This document shows positions 37,626 to 47,407 of a stretch of DNA of 64,000 bases, piece by piece (positions within the stretch are counted from its first letter, which is position 1; each line of letters starts with the position of its first letter). The notes beneath the pieces are model-generated. The model made no database searches, was not told the origin of the DNA, and saw only the letters and a program-made list of their open reading frames with translations. The position numbers were made by a program, and so were the translations under genes. Source of the stretch: Rhizobium sp. Q54 (GTDB lineage Bacteria; Pseudomonadota; Alphaproteobacteria; UBA2966; CAIVPW01); assembly GCA_945889645.1 (NCBI GenBank), contig CAMDCA010000002.1, positions 26,323 through 90,322 on the forward strand, given 5' to 3'.

Positions 37626-38101
37626 TCGGATTGCGGCGCGCGGCGCTGGCCGCACTGTTCGTTGCCGGCTGCGCCGTGCTCGCCAGTGCGCAGGGGCTGG
37701 AGCCGGTCCTGCCCGACCCGGCGCAGGAAGCGCGCGCGCAAGAGCTGCACAAGCGCATCCGCTGCCTGGTGTGCCAGAACCAGTCGATCCACGAATCGAA
37801 TGCCGAATTGGCGCGCGACTTGCGCGCCGTCGTGCGCGAGCGCGTCGCGGCGGGCGACACCGACGACCAGGCGGTCGCCTATCTGGTGGCGCGCTATGGT
37901 GATTGGGTGCTGCTGCGCCCGCCGTTGAATGGACGCACGCTGCTGCTATGGCTGGGGCCACCCTTCATCTTGGGCGCGGCCCTGATCAGGACCGGGGTCT
38001 ATTTCGTGCGCTCGCGCCGCACCATCCCCGAGTTCAAGCCGCTGTCGTCGGAAGAGAAAGCGCGCGTTGCCGAGTTGCTCGGCGAGGAAAGGCAAGGCTG
38101 A
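37622..38101 (+). CDS. ccmH: Cytochrome c biogenesis protein CcmH/CycL
   Basis: IRCLVCQNQSI, RYGDWVLLRP. Confidence 0.93.
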   Translation: MIGLRRAALAALFVAGCAVLASAQGLEPVLPDPAQEARAQELHKRIRCLVCQNQSIHESNAELARDLRAVVRERVAAGDTDDQAVAYLVARYGDWVLLRPPLNGRTLLLWLGPPFILGAALIRTGVYFVRSRRTIPEFKPLSSEEKARVAELLGEERQG

Positions 38102-39498
38102 TGGCTTGGGTTCCGCTGATCATTTTGGCGCTGCTGGCGGCAGCGATGGTGGTGCTGCCGCTGGTGGCGAAGCGCAACGCGCCGAAGTCGCGCGAGGAAT
38201 ACGACCTGCAGGTCTACCGCGACCAGCTGCGCGAGTTGGAAGACGACGTGGTGCGCGGCCTGGTGACTCCCACGCAAGAAGCGGCCGCGCGGGCCGAGAT
38301 CGACCGCCGCGTACTGGGCCTGAGCAAGACCGGCTACACCAGCAAGACCAAGCTGCCGCGCTGGCAGATCGGGTTGGCGCTGGGCATCGCGGTGCCGCTG
38401 GTGTCGCTGTCGCTGTATTTGTGGCGCGGTGACCCCGGCGCCACCGATCAGCCCTTCTCCGCCCGCCCCGACCTGGTGCGCGCCGACGTCAACGACCGCG
38501 AGTTGCTGGCGTTTATCGCCGAGCGCGAGGCCGCACTCGCCGCCAATCCGATCGACGTCAACGGTTGGATCATCCTGGGCCGCGCCTACATCGCCACCGG
38601 ACGGTTCGAAGAATCGGCCAGCGCCATGCGCCGTGCCATCAGCCTCGGCAGCACCAACGCCGGCACCTACATGGAGTTGGTCGAGGCGATCATCAACGGC
38701 ACCGGCGGCATCATCTCGCCGCCCGCCCTGGAGGCGATCAACCAGGCGCTGGCCGCCGATCCGGCACACCCGGCAGCGCGGTTCTATGACGGCATCGCCA
38801 GGGCTCAGGGTGGCAAGACGCGCGAGGCGTTCGACGTGTGGCTCAAGCTCGCCGCCGACACGCCGGCCGACGCGCCGTACCTCGGACTCATTCGCCGCCA
38901 GCTGGAAGACGCGGCGCGTTCGCTGAACATCGATCTCGCCACCGTCATGCCGCCGCCGGCGCCGCCGACCTCGCCGCTGCCGTTCGGCACCATGACCCAG
39001 GAAGAGCAGACGGCGATGATCGGCCAGATGGTCGATCGCCTGGCCGCCCAGCTGGAGCAGAACCCCAACGACGTGCAGGGCTGGATGCGGCTGGCGAACT
39101 CGTACCGCGTGCTGGAGCGCTGGGACGACGCCAAGGCGGCCATCACCAAAGCAGCGGTGCTCGAGCCCGACAACGTCGAGATCCTGGCCGAGCAGGCCGG
39201 CATCTTCCTGACGGCGACCGACCCTGCCCTGCCGTTCCCAGTCGAGGTGCGTCAGATCCTGGAGCGCGTCCTGACCATCGACCCGGAGAACCTGGAGGCG
39301 CTGTACTTCGTCGGCGTCGCCGCCGCCGAGGCGGGCGAGAAAGAGATCGCCGCCGAGAACTGGGTGAGGCTGCTCAACAAGCTCGAACCGGGCACGCAGG
39401 CACATACCGAGGTGCGCGCGCGCCTCGACGGTCTTACGCGCCAGCCCGCGCCGACGCCCGCGGCGACGCCCGCTCCGGCGCCCGCCCCGCGCCCCTAG
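38101..39498 (+). CDS. ccmI: Cytochrome c biogenesis protein CcmI/CycH (TPR)
   Basis: YRDQLRELE, TPR-like GWIILG and GWMRLA repeats; last gene of the ccm operon. Confidence 0.88.
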   Translation: MAWVPLIILALLAAAMVVLPLVAKRNAPKSREEYDLQVYRDQLRELEDDVVRGLVTPTQEAAARAEIDRRVLGLSKTGYTSKTKLPRWQIGLALGIAVPLVSLSLYLWRGDPGATDQPFSARPDLVRADVNDRELLAFIAEREAALAANPIDVNGWIILGRAYIATGRFEESASAMRRAISLGSTNAGTYMELVEAIINGTGGIISPPALEAINQALAADPAHPAARFYDGIARAQGGKTREAFDVWLKLAADTPADAPYLGLIRRQLEDAARSLNIDLATVMPPPAPPTSPLPFGTMTQEEQTAMIGQMVDRLAAQLEQNPNDVQGWMRLANSYRVLERWDDAKAAITKAAVLEPDNVEILAEQAGIFLTATDPALPFPVEVRQILERVLTIDPENLEALYFVGVAAAEAGEKEIAAENWVRLLNKLEPGTQAHTEVRARLDGLTRQPAPTPAATPAPAPAPRP

Positions 39499-39509
39499 AC
39501 CGCGCGCAC

Positions 39510-40514
39510 ATGCGGGTTCTGCGCGGCATCGCCATCGGCGCAGGAGCCGCGCTGGCCGCGGTCGCGGTCGTGGTTGCGATGGTCGAGGTTGCTGGCCGGA
39601 GCAGCTACGCCGACGTGGCGCTGCCCGACATTGCCGCCGCCACCACGCCGGCGGCGGTGGAGCGCGGCGCCTACCTGGTCAACGCGGTGGCGCACTGCCC
39701 GGCGCGCCATCTGCCGCAGCCAGGCGCCACGCAGTTCGATCCGCAGCGGCGGCCCAACCTGGTCGGCGGACACCGCTGGGAGCTGGCGTTCGGCACGGTT
39801 TATTCGCCCAACATCACATCGAGCGTCACCGCCGGAATCGGAGCATGGAGCGACGGCGAGATCGCGCGCGTGCTGCGCACCGGCGTGCGGCGCGACGGCA
39901 GCTTGTCGGCGTTCATGGTGGCCGGCGTCGGCCACCTGGCCGACAACGACATCGCCGCCATCATCGCCTACCTGCGCTCCCAGCCCGCGGTGAACGTGGC
40001 GGTGCCGGCGAGCCGGAGCAACTTCCTGGGCCGCGTCGTCGCCGCGTTCTTTGCGCGCCCGCGCCTTGACGAGAGCGAACTGGCGACCGCGCCACCGACC
40101 GCCGCCACGCCGGAACGCGGCGGCTACCTGGCCCACGGCCCGGCCAACTGCGTCGGTTGCCATTCGCCGAGCGGCCTGCGATCGGCCTTCCGTCCGGCGG
40201 CGCCCGAACTGGCCGGCGGCGTACCGGTGCCGGACGTGACCGACCCGGCGATGGAGATCGTGGCGCCCAACCTGACCCCCGACCCGACCACAGGGGTCAT
40301 CTATTCCTGGCCCGAGGACGTCTTCGTGCAGCGCTTCCGCGGCGGCCGGGTGGTGGCAGGCTCGCCCATGCCGTAGGAGGCCTTTGCCGGCATGTCGGAC
40401 ACCGACCTCGCCGCCATCTGGCGCTACCTGCGCACCATCGACCCGATCCGCAACGAAGTGGGGCCGACACACCGGCCCGTTGGCCGGACAGTTGGCTCGT
40501 TTCCGGCGCCTTGA
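39510..40514 (+). pseudogene. Diheme cytochrome c-family gene with in-frame TAG and a broken first heme motif
   Basis: AHCPARH (expected CxxCH), intact CVGCH, PNIT/PNLT repeats; MP-TAG at 40374 followed in frame by EAFAGMSDTDLAAIWRYLRT to TGA 40514. Confidence 0.75.
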
Positions 40515-40576
40515 CTTGTCCACACCCCAGGCCGATGCTGAAGCATAGGCGTTAACCAAAGGTCGTCGCGCACTCC

Positions 40577-40909
40577 ATGGTCGAGGTCACTCCAGGTTCG
40601 GCTGCACTGTCGCCGACGTCACTGAACCCAGTGGCGGCGCCGCTTGTTGCGTTCGGCGCCGACCCGACCGCCCGCACCGAGCGGGCGACGCGGGCGTCCC
40701 AGGAATCCAACCGCAACAACGACCGCCAGCAGCGCGTCGTCGAGGACCGCGTCGATGTGCGTCGGCAAGAGGCTGACGACGAGCGCCGCGCCCGCGACCG
40801 CGGCGACGAGGACCGCGTTGCCATGCGCACCCTGGAAGCGGCCGAGTCGGAGCACGCGGCCGAGGAGTCAGCCGCCCGCGACCATCACAGCGTGGACTTC
40901 CGCGCCTAG
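40577..40909 (+). CDS. Hypothetical charged protein
   Basis: 110-aa ORF filling the gap, GC3-rich codons; no family recognised. Confidence 0.5.
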   Translation: MVEVTPGSAALSPTSLNPVAAPLVAFGADPTARTERATRASQESNRNNDRQQRVVEDRVDVRRQEADDERRARDRGDEDRVAMRTLEAAESEHAAEESAARDHHSVDFRA

Positions 40910-40942
40910 CGCAACGGCTCTTCGTCCGGCCCGGAAGCCCGC

Positions 40943-41548
40943 CTACTCGGCGGGCTTTTGCTTTTCGGGGTCGGGAAGCTGGTGGCGGTTCATCAGCGGC
41001 ATCTGGGCCAGGCTGAACGCCAGCACCATCGGCAGGAAGCCGAACAGCTTGAAGCTGACCCAGGTGTCGGTCGAGAAGCTGCGCCACACGACCTCGTTCA
41101 CCACCGCCATGACGACGAAGAACGCCGCCCAGCGGATGGTGAGCTTGCGCCAGCCCTCCTCGTCCACCTGCAGCACGGTGCCCAGGACGATCTGCAGGAA
41201 GTTGCGCCGGGTCACCAATCCGAACGCCAGGATGGCGGCAAACAGCGAATAGATGATGGTCGGCTTGAGCTTGATAAACAGCTCGTCGTGCAGGAACAGG
41301 GTCAGGCCGCCGAACACCAGCACAACCACGGCGGTCACCAGGGGCATGGCCGGTACCCGGCGCTCCATCCACAGCGACGCGACGAACGAGACGACGATCG
41401 CCACCATGAAGGCGGCGGTGCCGGCGAAAATCCCCCAGCGGCCGTTCGAGACGAAGAACACGACCAGCGGGCCGAGCTCGACGAACAGGCGGACGAACGG
41501 ATTGACGGGCGAACGGGCGGCCGCGGGGGAGGAAGGAGCGTTGCTCAT
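40943..41548 (-). CDS. ispZ: Intracellular septation protein A (YciB/IspZ)
   Basis: ELGPLVVFF, FIKLKPTI, WVSFKLFG. Confidence 0.92.
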   Translation of the reverse strand: MSNAPSSPAAARSPVNPFVRLFVELGPLVVFFVSNGRWGIFAGTAAFMVAIVVSFVASLWMERRVPAMPLVTAVVVLVFGGLTLFLHDELFIKLKPTIIYSLFAAILAFGLVTRRNFLQIVLGTVLQVDEEGWRKLTIRWAAFFVVMAVVNEVVWRSFSTDTWVSFKLFGFLPMVLAFSLAQMPLMNRHQLPDPEKQKPAE

Positions 41549-41634
41549 GGTGGGGCGACTTTAGCCCATCGTCCCGGAGGCAGCCGGCCGTTTTACTTGG
41601 GGCGCGAAGTATAGATTTGGGTGCCAGAAATGAA

Positions 41635-41665
41635 GCGGGCGCCGGCCTTTCGGCGCGGCGCCCGC
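41635..41665 (-). terminator. Terminator-like hairpin after the small ORF
   Basis: GCGGGCGCCG/CGGCGCCCGC stem, inner GAAA loop, then TTCATTT on the minus strand. Confidence 0.6.
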
Positions 41666-41686
41666 GTTCAACTCGCTAGCGCGAGA

Positions 41687-41770
41687 CTACTTCTTGGTCG
41701 GCTTTCCGGCCGGCTTCGCGGCAGGCTTCGGCGCGGGCTTACCCGCGCTACGGTTGGGCATATTGGCCAT
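41687..41770 (-). CDS. Putative 27-aa basic peptide MANMPNRSAGKPAPKPAAKPAGKPTKK
   Basis: GGGAG SD 7 nt before ATG, AAG-CC(N) repeats, downstream terminator. Confidence 0.45.
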   Translation of the reverse strand: MANMPNRSAGKPAPKPAAKPAGKPTKK

Positions 41771-42062
41771 CGAGTGGCTCCCTACAAGGCTTGATTGCGG
41801 ACGAGCCGGCAGCGCAGAAACGTGGGGTGACCCAAGACCCCGGCTTTTCCGGCTCGACCCCAGGGGTGGTAGGCACCACCCTTGGGACGGGGTCCATTTT
41901 GTACTTCCACTAGCTGATTGCAATAGGAAAGTCGGCGCGCCAAGAAAAAACTGCGCGCCGACTCATCGGCGCGGCCGCAACAGGCGATGCGGATTCTTGG
42001 GCCGCTCTTCGGAGCGGCCGGCGGCGCCAAAGGCAAAGTATTCGCTTCTGCCGGAAGGCAGA

Positions 42063-42992
42063 CTAGGCGTCGAGACCGACCAAGGCGCGGGCGAAGGCCT
42101 GGGCATTGAAGGGCTGGAGATCCTCGGCCTTCTCGCCGACGCCGATGAAGTGGATCGGCAGGCCGAATTCTTCGGCCAGCGCGATCAGCATGCCGCCGCG
42201 CGCGGTGCCGTCGAGCTTGGCCATGATGAGGCCGGTGACCTGCACCAGGTCGCGGAAGGCCGCGACCTGCGAGCGCGCGTTCTGCCCCGTGGTGGCGTCG
42301 AGCACCAGCAGCACTGCGTGCGGCGCGCCGGCATCGACCTTCTTCAGCACGCGGACGATCTTGGCGAGTTCGGCCATCAGGTCGGCCTTGTTCTGCAGGC
42401 GGCCCGCGGTGTCGACCAGCAGCACCTCGGTGCCGGCAGCCTTGGCCTGGGTCAGCGCATCGAACACCAGGCCGGACGCATCCGAACCCGCTTCGCGCGC
42501 GATGACCGGCACACCGGCGCGCGTGCCCCAGGCCTTGAGCTGCTCGATGGCGGCGGCGCGGAAGGTGTCGCCGGCAACCAGCGACACCGAGCGGCCTTCG
42601 GCGCGATAGCGCGTCGCCAGCTTGCCGATGGTGGTGGTCTTGCCGGTGCCGTTGACCCCGACGACCAGCACGACGAACGGCTGGTGGGTGGTGATGTCGA
42701 GCGGCAATTCCACCGGCTGCAGGACGGCGGCGATGGCATCGGCCAGGGCGGTGCGGGCCTCGCCGGCAGGGACGTGCGCACCCCAGCGCTTTTCGGCGAG
42801 CTTGGCGGCGATGCGGGCCGAGGCCTGCACGCCGAGGTCGGAGGCGATCAACAACTCTTCGAGATCGTGCAGCGTCGCGGCATCGACCTGCGCCTTGCCG
42901 AACACGCCGGCGAGGCCCTGGGACAGGGCGCCGGCGGAGCGGCTGAGGCCCGCCTTGAGGCGGCCGAACCAGGAGGCGGGAGCGTCGGTCAT
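42063..42992 (-). CDS. ftsY: SRP receptor FtsY
   Basis: GVNGTGKTTT, DTFRAAA, DTAGR, KLDGTARGG. Confidence 0.95.
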   Translation of the reverse strand: MTDAPASWFGRLKAGLSRSAGALSQGLAGVFGKAQVDAATLHDLEELLIASDLGVQASARIAAKLAEKRWGAHVPAGEARTALADAIAAVLQPVELPLDITTHQPFVVLVVGVNGTGKTTTIGKLATRYRAEGRSVSLVAGDTFRAAAIEQLKAWGTRAGVPVIAREAGSDASGLVFDALTQAKAAGTEVLLVDTAGRLQNKADLMAELAKIVRVLKKVDAGAPHAVLLVLDATTGQNARSQVAAFRDLVQVTGLIMAKLDGTARGGMLIALAEEFGLPIHFIGVGEKAEDLQPFNAQAFARALVGLDA

Positions 42993-43013
42993 GCGACGGG
43001 AGTCGCGTCGCGC

Positions 43014-44330
43014 CTAGGCGCGCGCCAATTCAGCCAGCAGTCTCCCCGCTTGCGCCGACACCACGCGCGCCGCGACCACATCGCCGGCCGTCGCGACGCC
43101 CTCGATTTCGACCCGCGCGTAATCCTCGGCGTGGCCGAGCGAGCGGCCGTCGGCATTGGTCTCGACCAGCACGCGGACGGTGCGACCGACCTGAGCGACA
43201 AGATGCGCGGCGAGCGCAGCGGCACCCTTGGCGCGCAGACGTTCGGCGCGCGCCTTGCGCACCGCCGCCGGGACCTGGGGCATGCGCGCGGCGGGCGTGC
43301 CGTCGCGGCCGGAATACGGGAAGACGTGCAGGAAGCTGAGGCCGCAGTCGTCCACCAAGGCCAGGGTGTTCTCGAACGCGGCATCGTCTTCGGTCGGGAA
43401 GCCGGCAATGAGGTCGGCGCCGATGGCGAGATCGGGGCGCAGGGCGCGGGCGCGTTGCGCGACAGCGACCGACTCGGCGCGGCTGTGGCGGCGCTTCATG
43501 CGCTTCAAGATCATGTCGTCGCCGGCCTGCAGGCTGAGGTGCAGGTGCGGCATCAGGCGCGGCTCGTCGGCGAGCAGGGCCCACACGTCGTCGTCCATCT
43601 CGGCCGGATCGAGGGAGGTGAGACGCAGGCGCTCCAACTCAGGCACGGCGGCGAGCAGGCGGCGCGAGAGTTGGCCGAGAGTCGGGCGGCCCGGCAGGTC
43701 GGGGCCGTACGAGGTGACGTCCACGCCGGTCAGCACGACTTCGCGGTAACCGCTTTCGACCAGCATGCGCACCTGATCGACGACGGCGCCCATGGGCACG
43801 CTGCGGCTGGGGCCGCGGCCGTAGGGGATGATGCAGAAGGTGCAGCGATGGTCGCAGCCGTTCTGCACCTGCACGAACGCGCGGGCGCGGCCTTCGAAGC
43901 TGTCGAGAAGATGCTCGGCGGTTTCGGTCACCGACATGATGTCGGCGACCCGGACGCGTTCGCCGTCGGGGCTAAGTCCCGCCGGAGTCATCTTCTCGGT
44001 GTTGCCGAGGACGAGGTCCACTTCGGGCATGGCCGAGAAGGTGTCGGGATGAATTTGTGCGGCGCAGCCGGTGACGATGATCTTGGTCGATGGGCGTTCG
44101 CGGCGCAGGCGGCGGATTGACTGGCGGGCCTGGCGTTCGGCCTCGGCGGTGACCGCGCAGGTGTTGACGATGACGGCGTCGGTCAGGCCGGCGGCGGTGG
44201 CGTTGCGGCGCAACACCTCCGACTCGAGCGCGTTGAGGCGGCAGCCGAAGGTGACGACTTCCGTGCCCGTGGTGGGCACCCCCTCCCTACCCTCCCCCAC
44301 AAGCGGGAGAGGAGAAGATGAAGGCGTCAA
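43014..44330 (-). CDS. mtaB: tRNA methylthiotransferase MtaB
   Basis: TFGCRLN, NTCAVT, CDHRCTFC radical-SAM motif; start TTG 44330 or GTG 44279. Confidence 0.9.
   Translation of the reverse strand: MTPSSSPLPLVGEGREGVPTTGTEVVTFGCRLNALESEVLRRNATAAGLTDAVIVNTCAVTAEAERQARQSIRRLRRERPSTKIIVTGCAAQIHPDTFSAMPEVDLVLGNTEKMTPAGLSPDGERVRVADIMSVTETAEHLLDSFEGRARAFVQVQNGCDHRCTFCIIPYGRGPSRSVPMGAVVDQVRMLVESGYREVVLTGVDVTSYGPDLPGRPTLGQLSRRLLAAVPELERLRLTSLDPAEMDDDVWALLADEPRLMPHLHLSLQAGDDMILKRMKRRHSRAESVAVAQRARALRPDLAIGADLIAGFPTEDDAAFENTLALVDDCGLSFLHVFPYSGRDGTPAARMPQVPAAVRKARAERLRAKGAAALAAHLVAQVGRTVRVLVETNADGRSLGHAEDYARVEIEGVATAGDVVAARVVSAQAGRLLAELARA
44279..44314 (+). repeat. C-rich palindromic repeat, copy 1 (mtaB start)
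   Basis: CCCCCTCCCTACCCTCCCCCACAAGCGGGAGAGGAG. Confidence 0.7.
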
Positions 44331-45220
44331 GCGCCCTCGCCGACGGAGCGCATGCGCTCGAGCTGGCCCATCAGCAAAGCGCGGATGTCGAAGCTGCCTT
44401 CATAGGCGGTCGAGGCCGGGCCGGTGAGGAGGATGTGGTTGTCCTCGCGCCACAGCACGCCGAGCGGACCGCCGGGCAGGATGACGACGCCGGAGCGGCC
44501 CATCATGCCGCGGCGATGGGCGGCGACCAGAGCGGCGCACGCGGCCGTGCCGCACGCGTCGGTCAGGCCGGCGCCGCGCTCCCACACCTTGGCCTTGATG
44601 AGGTCGTCGCCGACGATCTGGATGACCGAGACATTGACGCGCTCGGGGAACAGCGGCGCGGTTTCGATGAGCGGGCCGACCTTGGCGAGATCGACGACCT
44701 CGGGCATGCCGACGATGAAGACGACGTGCGGGTTGCCGACATTGACGGCGACCGGATCGCCCATCAGCACCTTGCCGGCGTCGCCGGGCTGCGCGACCTG
44801 GAAGCCGAGGTGCAGCGTGTCGCGCTCTTCCGACAGCGGAATGTCCTGCCAGTCGGTCTTCACCGGACCCATGTCCACGGTGATGAGCCCCTCGCCGCCG
44901 TCGTAGGCGTCGAGCACGCCGGCCTTGGTCTCCAGCGTGATGTGGTCGCGCTTCTTTTCCTTCATCACGCGCGCCGCGATGCAGCGCGAGGCGTTGCCGC
45001 AGGCGGACACTTCGCTGCCGTCGGCGTTGAAGATCTGCATGAACACGTCGGCCTTGGGCGTGTTCTTCAGCACAATGACCTGATCACAGCCGATGCCCAG
45101 GTGGCGGTCGGCAATCGACTTCACCTCCAGGGGCTCGAGGTCGATGGCGTCCTTGCGGGCGTCGAGCACGACGAAGTCGTTGCCGAGGCCGTGCATCTTG
45201 ATGAAGGGCTGCTTGCTCAT
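44327..45220 (-). CDS. dapF: Diaminopimelate epimerase
   Basis: KMHGLGNDF, NADGSEVSACGN, ERGAGLTDACGT. Confidence 0.95.
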   Translation of the reverse strand: MSKQPFIKMHGLGNDFVVLDARKDAIDLEPLEVKSIADRHLGIGCDQVIVLKNTPKADVFMQIFNADGSEVSACGNASRCIAARVMKEKKRDHITLETKAGVLDAYDGGEGLITVDMGPVKTDWQDIPLSEERDTLHLGFQVAQPGDAGKVLMGDPVAVNVGNPHVVFIVGMPEVVDLAKVGPLIETAPLFPERVNVSVIQIVGDDLIKAKVWERGAGLTDACGTAACAALVAAHRRGMMGRSGVVILPGGPLGVLWREDNHILLTGPASTAYEGSFDIRALLMGQLERMRSVGEGA

Positions 45221-45975
45221 GGGTGCGGGTTATATGGGCGCGGGGGGTTCGGGGTCAAAGACGCCGCAGCCGTAGTCACCGTATCTACGGGCGTTTCGCG
45301 GGCGAACCACACCGCCGAGGCGGCGGGACCTCCGTAAACCACCGATGATACCGGCGATTCGCGCCGGGTCGCCGTGGAGCGAGGCCGCTGCGCTGGGCCG
45401 TATCCACGGTTGGTCACGCCGTAGTCGTACGGGGCCGTCCGGCGGGCAGAGGTGCGCGGCGACCGATCGTGCGCCGGAGAAACGGGAAAACCCGAGAATA
45501 CGGTCATTTGCGGGTCGCTTTCGATTCGGCTTCGATTCCCCTGAATATATACGAATAGTGTCGTATTGCAAATACAATATGTGTTTATGGCTAGAAGGCG
45601 CATCAGGGTCCGCGGTGCGCGCCGCCATGCGCGGCGTGGGGGCGCTGTTGACTGAAGAACGTCATCCGGTCGCCGATGCCCTGACGGGCCTCGGGGCCGC
45701 CCGAGATCGTCGCCAAAGGGCAAGGGCGGCGCCCCGAAATTGGCGGACTCCCTGGCAAGGACGCGGGCTGCGGGCACCCGGTGCTGTCCTCCAGTCAGTG
45801 CCGCGGGGCGCCCGGAGGATGGACAGGCACACCAAGGCGGCCTATGTTTCGGCCGCTCCGTTGAGGCACGCCCTTACGAAGCGCTCGGGAATCCCTGAGC
45901 GTCCGCCGGTTCGCGAGGTTTCGCGCACCGGCGCTACTGTCGTTTGTCGCGTGCCGAAATCGTTTGGAAGAACGC

Positions 45976-47373
45976 ATGTTTGAGAACCTCACCACACGGC
46001 TAGGCCTGGTCTTCGACAAGCTGCGCGGGCGCGGTGCGTTGAGCGAGGCAGATGTCGATGCGGCGCTGGGCGAGGTGCGCATCGCGCTGCTGGAAGCGGA
46101 CGTTGCCCTGCCGGTCGTCAAGGACTTCGTCGCGCAGGTGCGCGCCAAGGCCGTCGGCCAGGACGTCATCCGTTCGGTGACCCCCGGACAGCTGGTGGTG
46201 AAGATCGTCCACGACGAGCTTGTGGCGATGCTGGGCTCCGACACCGCCGAGCTGAATCTCATCGCCCAGCCGCCGGTGCCTATCTTGATGGTCGGCCTGC
46301 AGGGTTCGGGCAAGACGACGACCACCGCCAAGATCGCCGTGCGGCTGGAGAAGCAGAACGGCAAGAAAGTGCTGATGGCGTCGCTCGACGTCTATCGCCC
46401 CGCCGCCCAGGAACAGCTCAAGGTGCTGGGCGAACAGACCGGCATCGCCACCCTGCCGATCGTCGCCGGCCAGCAGCCGGTGGACATCGCGCTGCGCGCG
46501 ATGAACGCGGCCAAGCTGCGCGGCTTCGACGTGGTGCTGCTGGATACCGCCGGCCGCCTGAGCATCGACGAGATGATGATGCGCGAGGCGGCCGCGGTGC
46601 GCGACGCCGTGCGTCCGCCGGAAGTTCTGCTGGTGGTGGACGCGCTGACCGGTCAGGACGCGGTCAACACCGCCAAGACATTCAAGGAGCGCTTAGGGAT
46701 CACCGGCATCGTGCTGACGCGCCTGGACGGCGACGCGCGCGGCGGTGCGGCGCTGTCGATGCGCGCGACGTCGGGCGCGCCGATCAAGCTGATGGGCACC
46801 GGCGAAAAGGTCGATGCCCTGGAGCCGTTCCATCCGGCGCGCATCGCCGGCCGCATCCTCGGCATGGGCGATGTCGTCAGCCTGGTCGAGAAGGCCAGGG
46901 ACGTCATCGACCAGGAAGAGGCCGCGAAGCTCGAAGAGCGGGTGCTGGCGGGGTCGTTCGACATGAACGACCTGCTGAGCCAACTGCGCCAGATGCGCAA
47001 GATGGGCGGCCTGGAAGGCATGATGGCGATGCTGCCGGGCGTCGGAAAGATCAAGCAGGCGATGGCCAACAACCGCCTCGACGACAAGGTGGTGGCGCGC
47101 CAAGAGGCGATCATCCTGGCCATGACCAAGGAAGAGCGCCGCAAGGTGGCGGTTCTGAATGCCAGCCGCCGGCGCCGCATCGCCGAAGGCTCGGGCACCA
47201 CGGTGGCCGACGTGAACAAGCTGCTGAAGCAGCACCGCACGATGTCCGACATGTTCAAGAAGTTCGGCAAGCTGGGGAAAAAGGGCATGGTCCGCGCCCT
47301 CGCAGGCATGGGCGGCCCGGGCGGATTTGGCGGAATGGGTGGCGGCGGTTTGCCACCGGGATTTGGACGGTAA
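45976..47373 (+). CDS. ffh: Signal recognition particle protein
   Basis: GLQGSGKTT, DTAGR, GMGD, Met-rich M domain. Confidence 0.97.
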   Translation: MFENLTTRLGLVFDKLRGRGALSEADVDAALGEVRIALLEADVALPVVKDFVAQVRAKAVGQDVIRSVTPGQLVVKIVHDELVAMLGSDTAELNLIAQPPVPILMVGLQGSGKTTTTAKIAVRLEKQNGKKVLMASLDVYRPAAQEQLKVLGEQTGIATLPIVAGQQPVDIALRAMNAAKLRGFDVVLLDTAGRLSIDEMMMREAAAVRDAVRPPEVLLVVDALTGQDAVNTAKTFKERLGITGIVLTRLDGDARGGAALSMRATSGAPIKLMGTGEKVDALEPFHPARIAGRILGMGDVVSLVEKARDVIDQEEAAKLEERVLAGSFDMNDLLSQLRQMRKMGGLEGMMAMLPGVGKIKQAMANNRLDDKVVARQEAIILAMTKEERRKVAVLNASRRRRIAEGSGTTVADVNKLLKQHRTMSDMFKKFGKLGKKGMVRALAGMGGPGGFGGMGGGGLPPGFGR

Positions 47374-47407
47374 GAGTTTTCACTTCAACGAGGAGATCCG
47401 AACACCA

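Noticed and set aside
32162-39498. Contiguous ccmA-I operon as a novelty
   Set aside because: Standard system I maturation locus.
40374-40376. Genome-wide TAG recoding
   Set aside because: Many core genes here end normally at TAG (atpC, asd, trmD, rplS, sdhB).
40516-40524. DnaA-box-like TTGTCCACA as an origin signal
   Set aside because: Single mismatched box; no cluster or AT-rich unwinding region.
41770-42062. SRP RNA or 6S RNA near ftsY
   Set aside because: The SRP helix-8 CAGG..GGAA..AGCAG pattern is absent and there is no clear 6S rod.
45217-45983. ORF-track ORFs in the dapF-ffh spacer
   Set aside because: No recognisable motifs, atypical composition and mutual overlap.
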